From NCBI GenBank assembly GCA_025594325.1, contig JANHCV010000005.1, forward strand, positions 248,001-312,000: a stretch of 64,000 nucleotides of DNA, read 5' to 3'. The DNA is from Blastocladiella emersonii ATCC 22665 (taxonomy: Eukaryota > Fungi > Blastocladiomycota). The notes under the pieces were generated by a model, which was given only the letters and a program-made list of their open reading frames with translations, ran no database searches and was not told where the DNA came from. The first letter of the stretch is position 1; every line of letters begins with the position of its first letter. This document shows positions 47,980-61,465 of this stretch, piece after piece. The translations under genes were made by a program, and so were the position numbers.

Positions 47980-50440
47980 ATGGCCAGCAACGGTCCCTCC
48001 GGGCCCTCGAGCCCCGTCTCCGGCACCATGGGAGGCGGCAACAACTCGCGCCGCTCGCGCGGCTCGCTCTCGTCGCACGGGCCGCCGCCCTACTCGCCGG
48101 GCTACAGCCGCTCGAGCCCCAACGCCGGCGGCGGCGGCGGTTCCGGCCAGACCGTGGCCAAGAAGATCTCGCTCAACCACCTGCTCAACTTCACCCTGCC
48201 GCCGCGCCAGGCACCGCCGCAGTCGGCCGGATACAGCTCCGGCCCGCGCGGCGCGGGTGGCTCAGCCGGCGGGGGTGCCCGGAAGGGCAAGGCCGCCTCG
48301 TCGTCGTCGTACGAGTCGGTCGCCCACAGCAAGGAGCGCTTCATCAACGCCAAGTACGTTTGTTCGATTCGTTCCTTGGTGCCCGCGCTGACGACCGCAC
48401 GTGTAGCTTCCGCTTCATGGTATCGCCCAAGGCCAAGTACTCGATGCAGATGCTCGACCCCGACGTGTTTGTCGACTGGGACACGGTCGACCAAGTCGTA
48501 CGCTTCTCCCAATCATGGAGCCCATCAACCTTCCCGCTGACATGGACCCTCCCACCACCGTCCAGATCATGACGACGCACGACCACCCGGCGTGCCCCAT
48601 CTGCCTGACGTCGCCGCCCGTCGCCCCGCGCATGACCCGGTGCGGCCACGTCTTCTGCTACCCGTGCATCCTGCAGTACCACACCATCGAGCCGTACGAG
48701 CCCGCACGCCGCGGCCAGCCCGACCCGACCGTCCCCGTCCTCAAGCAGCGCTGGCGCAAGTGCCCCATCTGCGACTGCATGATCTACGAGCCCGAGCTGC
48801 GCAGCGTGCGCCTGTGGACCGTCGCCGCCCCGCTGCGCCCGCTCCCGCCCTCTGCACCCGTCCCCGACGGCGCCGTCGACGCCGCACTGCGCAACCTCGC
48901 CGCCAACCCACCGCCGACATTCCCGCCCGCGCACCAGCACCATGGGGAGGGGTCGGGCAGCAAGCGCCGGAACCACCACCACCGCAACCGCGCCAACTCG
49001 AACCGCTCGCAGGACGGCACCACCGCCGCCAGCAGCTCCGGCCAGCCCGCCGACGACGAGCGCGAGCTGCTGCAGGACCCCGAGTACGCGCGCGTTGCCG
49101 CGGGCCTCCCGCTCGACACCGCGGAGCTGGTCCTCGTGCACCGCGCGCCCGGTAGCGTGCTGGTCGCGCCCGTGCACCACCGGTACGCGCACACGCCGCC
49201 CGACCACCGCGAGGACCACGCCATGGTGTTCGCGAAACTCGTCGCCAGCACGCCCGCCTACATGGTGCGCGAGGTGTGGGAGCCCGAGCTCGCCGAGGTT
49301 GAGCGCGAGCACGCCGCCACCACCGAGCTCGCCAAGAACCTGCCGCGCGCCGCCGCCGAGTCGCTCGCACAGTCGCTCGTGTTCCTCGCGCTCGCGCGCG
49401 AGTCGCTGGGCAAGCTGATTGCCGACGCCAAGCGCGCGCCTGCGTCATCGCGCCCTCCTGCTGTCGCCGAGGTGGGGGACGACGATCCCGAGACCGTCTA
49501 CTTCTACCAGGCCGCCAACGGCACCCACACGTACCTGCACCCGCTCGACGCGAAGCTCGTCGCGCGGCTGTTCTCGGGGTACGCCTCCGGCCCGGCGCGC
49601 CTGACCGTGTCCGTGGTCGGGACCCAGGAGACGACCGTGACGGCGGACCTGCGCTCGCGCGTCGCGGCGCTCGCGCACGTCCCGACGGGCTGCGACGTGA
49701 CGTTCCTCGAGATTGACGTCGCGGCGCTGTGCGCGACGTTCCCGTCGTTCGCCGAGACTGCGTTCCCCGACGCACCGGCGGCGGCGATGCCGCTGCGCGA
49801 GCTCGCGGACCGCGACCGCGCCCGGATCGCGCGCGCGCGCGCCGAGGCCAGACAGCACCGCGCGGCCGCGTTCCGCGCCGCGGCGTCGCACCGCCGCCGC
49901 CACCCGGACGCCGTCATCGACCCCGCGTCGTGGGACCCGCACGGGCATATCCACAACGACCTCGAGGACGACCCGGAGCTCGCGCGCGTGCTCGCCATGT
50001 CGGCCGCCGAGGCCGGGGACGCGCCGGTCACGGCGTCGCCGCCGCGGAGCAACAACGCCGGCGCATCGTTTGCGGCTGCCGCGCGCGAGTCGGCGTCGGC
50101 ACAGTGGCGCGTCAACACGTCGTCGTCGTCGGGTTCGGCAGCGGCGGCGGCGTCGCGGTCGGCGTACGCGCTGGATCTCGGGATTCTGGGGGCCGAGCTC
50201 GACGCGCTCGACCACCACCATCACCACGACGATGACTACCACCACCACGAGAGCGACGACGCGTTCGAGGACCCCGACGCCGGGTACTCGTTCCGCGGCG
50301 ACGACGGCGGCGCGACGGCTGTTGGGCGCGCGTCCAACGGCAGCGGCGGCGCCAACGCCAACGGCGGGGGAGGCGGGGGCAAGAAGAAGAAGAACCGCGG
50401 CAAGACCATTGCGCTCAACGCGGGCCACCGGAGGTATTGA
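47980..50440 (+). CDS. MAG2: RING E3 ligase Mag2/RNF10 family, 3 exons
   Basis: ISLNHLLNFTLPPR, KERFINA|FRFMVSP, DPDVFVDWDTVDQV, CPICL..APRMTRCGHVFCYPCILQY..WRKCPIC, YFYQAANG..YLHPLD, LAHVPTGCDVTFLEID. Confidence 0.85.
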
Positions 50441-50724
50441 CGGACATGTGTGTGTCGTTCGCGAGTGTATGAATGGAAACAAGCGCTTTTGGATTCAATC
50501 AATTGTGCAATCAAAGACAAGATGGGTTGAGGTGAGGTGTGGTGGTGAGGAACTTGAGAGGGAGGGAACTAGCGACAACGACGGATCACGACGGCCATCA
50601 TCAGCACGGCGACCGGGACCGCCGCCGCTGTCCACGGCACGCCCGGCGCATCCGCGGCGCACGAGCCCGCCACACACACGACGTCCGGGACCACGGCCAT
50701 TGCACCATCGCGGACCGCCGGGAG

Positions 50725-53045
50725 TCACGCCGCGGCCTCACCGTCGTCGCCAGCGTGGCGGCACTCGGCGGGGACCTTGAACCCGTCGACGCGCTTGTCG
50801 TCCTCCCACGCGTGCTTGGCGGGGACGCGGGACGCGTCGACGCCGAGGCCGCGCTTGGCGAACCCGTGCCACACGGCGCACCGGTGCTCGCCCTTGGTGA
50901 GCAGGGCCTCGGCCTGGAACATGGCGTCGCGGGCGTCAAGGAAGTTGGGGCGGCACGGCTGCAGCTGGAGGGCGTCGACGAGGATGCGCATGAACAGCGT
51001 GTTGCCCTTGTTGGTATCGGCCGACGTCCAGTTGGGCGTGAACCCGAGCGCGTCAACCAGGTTCCAGTACACCTCGAGCAGCATCACGGCCCACACCTCG
51101 CCCTTGGCGTGCACGCCCCAGTACCCGTTGGCGTTGAGCGTCGCGTACGTGGACGGGTTGACGGCGAGGTCGGCCGAGTACGGGTACTTGCGGATCCCGA
51201 CCTTACCGCCGTTGGCGTACTTGCCCATCTCCCACGCGGCGAACCCGCGGTCGGCCATGGCCGCGGACCGCATGCGGAACAGGACCGACCACACGTCGCC
51301 CCAGCCCTCGCCCATGCCGCCGGCCTCGCCCCACCCGAGGCACCCGGCATTGAGCCGGCCGCCCGTGAGCCGCTGCGTGACGCCGTGGCCAAACTCGTGG
51401 ATCACGATCCCGTTCTCGAGGTCGCCGTCGCGGTACACGGGCGCCGTGTTCCAAATGAACATCTTCATCTTGCCCGGCTTGCCGTCGGGCGGGCTCGCAA
51501 ACTGCGCGTTGTTGTACCCGGACCCGTCCTGCGCGTACGCCAGCACCGGGTCGTGCCCGGCCCCGCCGCGGCCCAGGTTGTCGGTCTGGAAGTTGCCCGC
51601 CGCCTCCGTGAACCCGTACGCGTAGAACACGTCGTGCAGCATGTTGGTCGTGTAGAAGAGCTGCGTGATGGCCGCGTCCACGTACGTCTTGGGGTCCTGC
51701 GTCAGGTCGATCGGGAAGTCGAAGACGCGCGCCGCGCCCGCCTCGGGCTGGTGCTGCATGGCCGCGTCAAAGTCGGCCGAGGCAAAGTGCGGGCCGCGCG
51801 GGTTGTCCTGGGCGACCACGTTGTTGCCCGCGGTCGTGTCACCGGAGAGCCATCCCATGGGCGAGGCGGCGGTCCCGAGATCGCCGCCGACATTGTTGTG
51901 CGAGACGAGGACGCGTTCGCCGTCGTCAGGGTCGTTGACGCCGAGCGGGTAGACGCGGTACGCGTCGTCGGCGACCCAGTCGACGAGCGACAGCACCGTG
52001 CCGGTCGCGGCGCACACGTGCGCGTGGTACCACGAGTCGTCGAGCTCCACCTCGTACTCGTACACGAGCGACGCCGCGCCCGCCATCGTCGCCAGGTACG
52101 CGAGCGACACGGGGATGTCGGCCTTGGCGGCGCCGAACGCGGTGAAGGTGCCGAGCTGCGCCGACAGCGACGAGGTGGTGGCCGCGGCCGGGAGCGCCGT
52201 GAAGGTGAGCAGCGCGCGGTCGGCCGACTGCATTGGAAGCCCGATGCGCGCCATGAGCGACGCCAGGCCGTCCTCGGGCGAGATCACGGGGCGATCATGG
52301 TGGGCGGAGGACGTGGAAGCGAGGCGGAACTGGCGCGCGGGCGCGGTGAGCCACGACGTGAGGTATGACGACAGGCCGGCGCCGCGCTGGTGGCGCGCGT
52401 CGTCCTGCTGGCGGAACGTGGCGAGCAGCGTGTCGGGGTCGGTCGTGGGCGGCAGGTTGCCGCGGAAGAAGGATTCGCCGAAGCTGATGACCATGCCCGA
52501 TCTAGAGAGAGTGCGCGCGCGGGTGCGAGGTCAGATCACGGTCGCCATCACACAGCACCATCCCCACCCCAAAACGCGTACCGGTCGACATTCACGTTCG
52601 CGTCGGCGTTGGCAACGGCGAGCCCGTTGACGACCTGGCGCAGGTAGACGTGCGAGACGCCCGTGGAGTTGGCCGTGTGCGAGGAGAGGACAGCGATGTG
52701 GTCGCGCGGGACCGCCGTCACGTCGGCAATGTAGGCGAGAGCAATCTCCTGGGCTTCGGTCAGCGACACGGGCGAGACGACCGCGGCCGCGGACGCGCGC
52801 GAGAGCCCGGCCAGCGGGGTCACGCGGTACCGACGGTGGTCGAGTGCGGGCCCGTACGAGTGGCGCGCGCCGAACGTGGCCGCGAGGCGGTCGGTGCCCG
52901 GGCGCGGGCGGCGCGTGGACGGCAGGCCATGTGGCGCCCCCGAAGCCGTGGTCGGGAACGCGTCGGCCGAGGGCAGCAGGGCGGCCGAGAGCACGAGGGC
53001 CGTGGCCAGGACCACGAGGAGGGCGACCTTGCGCGAGCGAGCCAT
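50725..53045 (-). CDS. Secreted fungalysin (peptidase M36) with FTP propeptide, 2 exons
   Basis: Signal peptide, SHVYLRQVVNGLAVANADANVNV, GFTEAAGNFQ, RDGDLENGIVIHEFGHG, GGMGEGWGD, GVHAKGEVWA, QPCRPNFLDARDA, VWHGFAKRGLG. Confidence 0.95.
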
Positions 53046-53778
53046 GGAGGGTGCCGTGTGCGACTGGAAGGAAGGAAGAGATGCCCGGACCGCGGCTTGG
53101 TGAGCGAACGAGGGAGCGCGGGCGCAAAACGTGTTCGTGATCGACGTACAGGGCGGCGGCGAAGGCGGCGAGTGCGTGTATGCAGTGTTGCAAGTGCGTG
53201 GGAGTAGCGGCGGCCGATGCGGCGGCGCTAGCGTGCGAGCGGGACGGGGGAGGGAGACAGTATGTGTGCGTGGGAAGCCGGCGGTACGCCGATGACAAGT
53301 GCGGTCAGGGTGAGAGCGTGGTCGCTCGCGATGGAAGAGAGTGGTGATGGGAGGGAGTGCGGGGTTGGCGGGCCACGGCCGCTTTATGTACAGGATGGAT
53401 AGAGAGTAGCGGATATGCACGGGAGGGCGCCAGTCAGCGGGAGCGAGGACGAGCCGCACTCTTTGAGCGGGGCGGGCCGCAAGCGAAGGCGAAGGCTGCG
53501 GCTCGCGGCCGGCCGGCGGAGACGCGAACGAAAGCGCGCGGCGCGAACATGCGGCCGTCACGCGGGCCTTGCAGCCCGATCACGCCACCGGTGACCAAGC
53601 CACCCACATGACGCCTGGCCCATGTGGCTGTGGCGCAACGCGTGCCCGGCGCGATTGCGAGTGCCGTGGGAGACACGCGCTCGCCGCCAATCGCTGCGCT
53701 CCGTATCCCGTATCCGATGCCGCACCCCGTCAATGATACGCGACCATGGAACGAAATGCAGCTCGCAGACTACCCGCA

Positions 53779-56759
53779 ATGATACCGAGAGTCCTCGTCG
53801 CGGTCATCGCGTGCATCGCCGCGGCGGCGGTCATCCGGGCTCAGTCGGTCGCTGACACGCCGCTCCAGCGCAGCGTGCCGATGTGCGTCGAGCAGGCCGC
53901 GGCCAAGCCGTTCGGCTGGGTCGGCGTAGCGTCCGCCAACACCGACTACATGGTCCAGCGCCCGCCCGCCAACGTGACGCTCGAGGTCAACGCATGGCCC
54001 AGGTACTGCCTGATCGTGCTTCGATTGCTTCCCGGCGAGCGACGACTGATTTTGCCGGTCTAGTTCGAACATCACCGCGCTGGTCGCGGCGATGCTGCTG
54101 CGCGACGTTATGGCCGTCAACCTCACGCTCGCGCAGTTCCCCGACTACACGGACATTTTCGGCCGCATCACCCGCGGCACCGTCGACGCCAGCCTCGAGG
54201 TGTGGCCGAGCCCGCTCACCGCCGCCTACAACGACTACGTCATCCAGCGGGCTATCGTGGACGATCTCGGGTACGCTTGTCCCTCACTCACGGACCATCC
54301 GCTCAAGCTCACTGCCTCGCGCGACGCGATACTAGCATGATTGGCTACCCCGGCCGCAAGGGCTGGTTCATCAACCAGGCCGTGGCCAACGCGAACCCAA
54401 CGATCATCTTCGATTCGTGGCGCTCGTTCCAGCGGCCCGCGACCCTCAGCTTCCTGCCACCCCTCGGCACCACGCCGCCCGGCCGGTACCCGAACGGGAC
54501 CTACCTGTGCAACCCGGCCGTGTACCCGTGGTGCACCGACGGCATGTTCATTCCGCCGCAGTGCCGCGGGTCCAACGCGACGCAGTGCCGCGAGCTGTGG
54601 GCCGTCAGCCCGTCGACGGCGCTGGGTGAGAGCGAGCAGCGCATCCTGAGCCTGAACCTGAGCCTCGCCGTCGTGTACCTCGGCGAGCCCGACTTCCACG
54701 CCCGCGTCACGCAGTGCGCGCGCCAGAACGCCTCGCTGTGCGTGTTCCAGCACTACAGCCCCGAGTCGCTCATCTCGGCCAACGCCGTCGCCTCCGTCAA
54801 CCTGCCCGAGTACACGTCCGCGTGCTACGCCAGCTTCTCGCCCGCCCGCGTCGGCATACCGGGGAACAGCCTGTCGTGCGACTGGCCCAGCGAGCTGCTG
54901 CTCAAGCTCGGGTCGCCCCGCCTCGCCGCCGCCGTCGCCCAGGTCAACTCGTTCCTCCGCTTCTTCAGCCTCCGCGACGTCGACATGGACGAGCTCCTGA
55001 CCGCTATCGCGCCCAACGGCGGCGGCCTCGATCCCACAGCAGCCGCATGCCAGTGGATCAAGGCCAACCAGAACATTTGGGCGACGTGGATCCCGACCCC
55101 GCCCGCCGACTACAGTACGTGCTCTCTGAACTTTTCGCGGTCCAGAACTAATTTTCGTCGTCCGTGTAGTTAAGGTTATGGAGAGCATCTCGCTGGCCGA
55201 CTCGATGTCCATCGGCGGCATCGTGCTCGTCGCAGTGCACCTTCTCGCGCTCGCCGCGACGCAGGGCGCCGTCGCCAAGTACCGCGAGTGGCTCGGCCAG
55301 CACCACTCGATTGCTGGGATGCAGCTGATCGCGGCCGGGTGCGCCATCACCGCCGTGACGGTCCTCGCCGAGCTGTCGGGCGCGCCGACGCGCGCGCAGT
55401 GCACGGTGCGCGTGTGGACGCTGTCGACGGGCCACGCCGTGCTCTCGTCGACGTTTGCGGCCAAGGCGTGGTACGTGCACTTTGTGCACGGTAACAAGCG
55501 GCTGTCGCTGGTCCCGACCGCAGGCATCCTGGTCCCCGTGGTCGCCGCGGCCGTGGCGACCAACACGCTGCTGCTCGGGCTCGTCCAGGCGCTGTCGCCG
55601 ACGATCGTCGCGTACCTCGATGTGCTTGTCAACACGTACACGCCCGTGTGCTGGTCGACGGCGCCGGGCCCCGGCGCCGCGGCGGTCCTCGCGCTGCTGT
55701 GCGCGTTCCATGCGGCGCTCCTCGCGCTCGCCGTCGTGTACACGCTGCGGATCCGGAGCGTGCCGCTGCCGACTCCCGGTGAGGCGTGGCACCAGGTCCT
55801 CGCCATGGCCACGATCCTCGCCACGTTCGCGCTCGTCGTCCCCGTCACGGCGCTCCAGATCAACTACCGCGTCCAGTTCGCCGTGCGCACTATGGGCATC
55901 TCGCTCGCGCTCTCGCTGATCCTCTACCTCGCCGTCGTCCGGCCCGTCCTCGTCCAGCACTGGCACCGCCAGGCGCGTATGGCGAGCACCCGGTCCGGCG
56001 AGGGCAGCTGGCGCGCGAGCCAGGTTGGGTCGCAGCCCGCCGGGAACGCGGCCGCCGGGATCCGGCTCGGCCGTCAGTCGGCGTCCACGACGCGCGGGTC
56101 CGACGCGTCCGGGTCCGTCGACGGGAGCGTCGCCGACTCGACAGGCAAGGACTGCGGCGCGGGGGTCGACGAGCCGCTGACTTCGCTGGTACGCTTCCCC
56201 TCCTCACGATGTTCCGAGCTTTCGCTGACGCGCACGCGCATAGCTCACCCGTATCGGCGTCGGGTACAAGCTGCAGAAGATGTCGGGCATCGTGCGGCAC
56301 TGGTCGCACGTCAACCTGGTCCTGTTGCACGCGCCGTGCCCCGCGCTCATCATCACGCCCGTGGCCACCGCCGCCCCTGCACCACCACCCGGCTCGACGG
56401 GCCCCGCTGCTTCGACCACGGCTACTGTGTTGCCGTCGACGGGCGACGCGCACGTCTCGGGCGTGCAGGCCGCGAAAATGGACCCGAAGCTCGCCGCATC
56501 GTTCCCGGGCTGCTTCCTGCTGCGCGTCCAGGGCACGAGCCACGTGGTGCAGGCCAAGGACACGGCCGACGCCGAAGCGTGGGTCGCCGACCTCGACGCG
56601 ACGTTCCGCGAGATCAACGCCCTCAGCAACGCGGGGAGCGTGTCGGCGGCCGTGGCCGGCGCGGCCGCGGGGCTCGCCGCACGCAGCGTCTCGACGCGGC
56701 GACAGGTCCAGGCGTCGTCGACGACGCGGTCAAAGCCGCAGGCGAGCAGCTCGCGGTGA
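53779..56759 (+). CDS. Receptor: signal peptide + OpuAC/ProX-like solute-binding domain + class-C-like 7TM + PH-like C-terminus, multi-exon
   Basis: NAWP|SSNITALVAAMLLRDVM, GTVDASLEVWP, DLG|MIGYPGRKGWF. Seven hydrophobic segments including CTVRVWTLSTGHAVLSSTFAAKAWYVHF. C-terminal CFLLRVQGTSHVVQAKDTADAEAWVADL. Confidence 0.72.
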
Positions 56760-59338
56760 TGGGGGAGCAGAGGAGAGTCGTAACAATAGAGTACATATTC
56801 GATGACCCGTTGCTCCGCTGCGGGACGAAGCGTCCGTCGCCCGACCCACCGTCGCCGCACTCCTGCGACGTACGTTGCTGTCCGCGCTCATCTACCCATC
56901 GACGGCCGTGACCATGAATGACCACGACGCTCGCCATAAAGCAGCAACTCAAGCGCGCCGAGGCACGCAGTCCAAAAATTCAGTCATCGGTGCCTCTCTC
57001 ACACTCGCCCGTGCACCACGCACCTCCCTCCCCCGCGTCCGTACCCGCTGCACCCACTTCCACGACCGGAAATCCGCGCCATCGCGTCTGTCCCGCACGA
57101 GCGCGAAGCTCTCCGCGGGCCTTGGTGCCCAGTGTCCCACCCGCCTTCCACGCACGACGCGCCCAGCTCGACGGCGCGGCGAGGCTTCGGGACGAGTGAG
57201 GCGGCGGACGGCAACACCGCGGGCGGGGGAAGTGCGTGACGCTCCGGCGCGGACACGGGGTCAATCGAGCCGAGCCCCGCAGACGACTGAACGCACGCCG
57301 CCCCGTCAGACCCTCCGTATGCGAGGTCAAGCGAGCGCCTGAACACACGGCGCTCATGGTCGGTCCGATCGTTGCGAGGAGCGTGCGGACCGGGACCGAA
57401 CGCCGCACCCGTTGCTCTCCACCCCCACAACACCCTCCTCCGCGCCCATGCAAGCGAGGCTGGTCGTGCAACGGATCGCGCGCGGTCGCCGCTGCCCGGC
57501 GAGAGGTGGGCGACGTACGCGGATGCCAGAGTTGCGCCTCGCTCAGGATCGCGGATGTGGAGGGCGTGCGAGGGCAGGGAGGTAGGGTACGGCGTCCAGA
57601 GGGCATTTAGGTTTGGGGAGGAGCGACGCCTTCGCACACACGCCGGAGCGCGGGCGGGACGCGGCTCGACGGAGGGCCGGCCCACGCGCGGGCGAACGCG
57701 TGGACGAGGGCGGCGTGCGGGTCGGGTCGGCTGGGGCTGCGTGGAGCGAATGCAGCAAGTTCGGGGCAGGGTCGGGCGGCGAGTGATACATGAGCTTGTA
57801 TGAGGCGGCGGTCGAGTGAGAACGGGGACCGACGGCCGCCGCTCGCCGCATTTTGACCTCGCCGACCTCGCTGACCCCGAGGGCCGCTGCCTGCCTCGAG
57901 CCGCCTCCGTCGGTTCTGACGCTCGCGAGGCCGACCACCAAGACTCAATGCTCTTTCGTCTTGTGATTGATGGCCGGAGTTGAGTAACAGATCGGCCACC
58001 TCGCGTTCAAGCCGTTTGCCCCGCTTGGGACGACAGACTGGGCAAGAACCGACGTCCTCGCGTCGTTGGCGCGGTACCAGTCTACGGATGGCCAAGATGG
58101 ACCAAGCGGCTCGCGCTAGGGCGAGAGCGTACTGCTGGCCTAGTGCGCCTACTCTCGCACAGCCGCCCTCGCCCGCGGAAAATGTAAGGTTGACGTCGGA
58201 AGTGTGGATCTGGCAACGAGCTTCCCTTGAAAGGATCGGTATGTGCGCAGGAACCGCGCGATCTTTCGCGAGAAGCTCGCCGACAAGCGAAGTCGGGAAG
58301 CAATCGTGTTGGTCGCTGCGGTCTTTTGACGCTGTCGCTGGTGGAGGGCGACCAAGCGCTTGTTCAAGCACGGTTCAGGTACGCAGCATCTCGGTGTACA
58401 AGGTCTAGTGATTTCAATGTACTCGGCCAGCCGATGGTTCGGGACCGCCAGAGACAGCGATTGAAGGGAAGGACTGCATCTCGCTCGCCATGCTCGCCTA
58501 CTCACGCATTACACAGGCTTGTCGGCGCAATCAGGCAGAATACATGTACTTTCGGGTGCTTCAAGTCTCGGTGATGAACAATTCATGTGTGGGAGAAGCG
58601 CAAAGCCTTGATCGCATCGACATACCCACGGACAACGGGCCCAGAGAACCTGGATGCGCCCGAGTGAAAGGGGCTCGCACTCTTTCGCGGATTCAAGGCG
58701 TGGATCTTAAAGCAAGAAGCTTGGTCCTAGTATAACTGGGCGGTCCGGATCCTGGCCATCGCGGAGACGGACGCAAGGGGCGAGACGCCCAGTTGCGGCT
58801 CACGCCGGCGTTCGCTCGTCGTCGCCGATCATGCGAGATCATTCCTTGTCCTTGCATCAAGTGCGAACATGATCGTACATGCTGGTTCCGTTGCTCGCGA
58901 GGCCGAAGCGGGAGCGAGCGTCGGGTTCGACCACGCGCTAACATATGAATCGCTGATCGCGTGAGTGGCGCGGCGCGTCTTCTCCCCTCGTCGCTTCCGA
59001 CTCTCTCAGCCGAACTTGAACACGCCAAATGAGCGGAAGCCTTGAGAACCAAGGATGATCACGAGGAGTCCAGCGACACCAAACCTGCGGTGCGGTTTCT
59101 CAAACGGCACATGCCCAAACTCGTTGAAGACGTGTTCGTCGGAACGCATGCCTATCCTCGAGAGCCAGGATGCACCGTCAACTATATTATACTCACGAAA
59201 TCATCAGAACTCTCTCGAGAATGTGCGAGCACGAACTGATTCAGTTTGAAGCCTGACTTCGCCTCGAGAGCAACACATCTAGAAATACTCTGAACCGCAC
59301 CTACAGGTATTTTCCGCAAACGGCGAGAGTGAGTTGCA

Positions 59339-59875
59339 TCACCTTGAGGACAAGGAAGAGAGGAGCACGTACGGAGAGTGCTCGCACCCGCAAGGGCAGT
59401 GCGTAGTATTGCCCAGTGTTGCGTTCTGAACTGGCGAAGCTCGAGGCGTCACACGAGTCTCTCGATTGTTCGGATAAACGAGCTTGAAGGCGGCATCGAG
59501 GAGCAGCGCTACGATGAGCCAGCCGCCCACTAACGCAACGGCCATCTGGGCTGCAGTATCGCATTGCAGCACACGAATTATTACAAGGAGGGCGACGACA
59601 ATCGCAGCGCTGATCAGGTTGCGCATCATCCAAACCGCAATGCGGCAGTCCCCGAGCCGCACTGGCGGTGGTGGCTCTGTTTCGTAGCGGAAATCATCGA
59701 ACACCTCGAACAAAGGCAGCCAGATTTGAGCAAAGTACCACGGAAACGAGGCCGTGATGAAGAGCAAGTAAGCCGCGACTTGACCTGGCGTCGAAAATCG
59801 CAAGAAAATCGCTTCAAAAGCGTCGGAAACAAGGACAAGGGAACGAAGGGAGGTCGAGTGAGCCGGGGCATACAC
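59339..59875 (-). CDS. Hypothetical membrane protein, possible distant member of the adjacent two-TM family
   Basis: Three hydrophobic segments. C-terminal LLLDAAFKLVYPNN loosely resembles LLCWRVAFDLVLFRND. The 5' exon is unresolved. Confidence 0.45.
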   Translation of the reverse strand: MYAPAHSTSLRSLVLVSDAFEAIFLRFSTPGQVAAYLLFITASFPWYFAQIWLPLFEVFDDFRYETEPPPPVRLGDCRIAVWMMRNLISAAIVVALLVIIRVLQCDTAAQMAVALVGGWLIVALLLDAAFKLVYPNNRETRVTPRASPVQNATLGNTTHCPCGCEHSPYVLLSSLSSR

Positions 59876-60406
59876 TTGGTGGTCACGCTCGGCCGTCGCA
59901 GGTGGACCTTGGTCAGCACGATGCTGCTCGCTTGAATGACCTTGGTCGCTGCGCTGTCAAAGTGCTGAACCTTCACCCAGCAGCGGCTCCCGCTCCTCCG
60001 TGTGGTCGTCGTGAGACTAGACGTTGATATAGGATGTTGGGCGGCCGCGTAAGAGAATGGTTGGTCGCGCAAAGGCGCCTGGAGTCGGCGGCACGCCTGG
60101 AGAGGAATTCGTCCAACGGGTGTTGTCATGACTGTTGTATTTCGAGTCAACGACTTGCGGAGGCGGGAAGGGAGTGTTGGCTCACTCCGAAGCGCAGTCT
60201 GCCTGCTGATTTGCATCAACGCATGACGAGTTGTCATGTGCTCTCATGTATGCATGCATGCATGCAGCCCAGCTCAGCTGTCAATGGATTTGCTCGAAGG
60301 TGCAAGCCCTGAAGAACCAGGCCCGCTGTCACCTCCCGCTCTCCTCCTCGTACTCGCGTATTTTCTATACTTCGCGGTCCCATCAATTGACAACCGCTTC
60401 TCACCA

Positions 60407-61070
60407 ATGGGCTCCAAGGACGTTGACCAGAACCCCTCAGCTGTACGTCCTTGCCACTGACTCGTTGTGATTGCGACTAACGTTCACCGCTCCGCGACGC
60501 CCGTGAAGTTCTACAAGAGCGCTAGTCTAGTCAAGCAGCAGTACGAGCATGTGTTTGTTGAGGTCGACAAGCAAGGCCAGGTGCAGCAGCGTTCATGACT
60601 CGGACACATTGACCGCATGCGTGATGACTGGGAACGGGCCGGCTCATGGCAGCCATCAACATCTCAAGGTCACTGCAACCCAGGCATCTGCCCGCGCCTG
60701 CTGCTCCACGTCCACGCAGTATGGTGTGGCGCCGCGCGCTCTTGCGCACTTGGTGGGAGCTGGCGAGAGTCTCCTTCGGATCGGGAGCCTGAAGCGCTTC
60801 ATTGGGCCAATCAAAGACCCGCATCGGGCTAGGGACCTAGTTAACCGTGTCGCCTTCGTTGCCCTCCTCGTTGTATTCATCTTTTTGCTCTGCGTACTCC
60901 TGATGAGCCCAACTGACCCGGTACTGTACGATGTGCGCGTGAGCGCGAGCTTGTTCATTTTCGTTTGCGTGAGGGTCATGTTCGATCTTTCGGAGCTCGA
61001 GGATGATGCAATTGCCGCGGCCGCAAGTCAGAACTTGCCGGTAAGCTCGAAGTGCATCGTCGACGTCTGA
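60407..61070 (+). CDS. Unrecognised two-TM protein family member 1
   Basis: 36-nt first exon (MGSKDVDQNPSA), GTACGT donor and GACTAAC branch; the acceptor is uncertain (60530 is in frame). Motifs RIGSLKRFIGP, two TMs, FDL..SSKCIVDV. Confidence 0.6.
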
Positions 61071-61465
61071 TGCGCGAGACCTGCTGGCTCTTGTCGCCCG
61101 TTTGTGAGAGACGTGGTCTAGGCGGCATAGCGGCTTGGAGAAGTGTATAAAATCGTTATTCTCAATCGAATTGTCTGTTTTTTCGTCCTGAATGTTAGCT
61201 CGGAGCAGAACTGTCGCTTTTCAAATGCAGCGAGATCATGATGCCCTGGTCGCACCCGAACGTTTGTGCGTTTCCGTGTCCCGTCAGCGAGACTCTTGGT
61301 CATCTCCAGTGTAAAACCCGTGTGCTATGACCGTATCGAGCGGACAAAGTGCGAGTACTTGCGGCCTGAACTCGAAGCGTGCGGTTCCAGTCCTCAAAAG
61401 CGCCTTCATATCTTGCTCCTTCCGCTGAACCGCTCCCGCTACCATTCGGCTGTCCCTCCGTGAGA

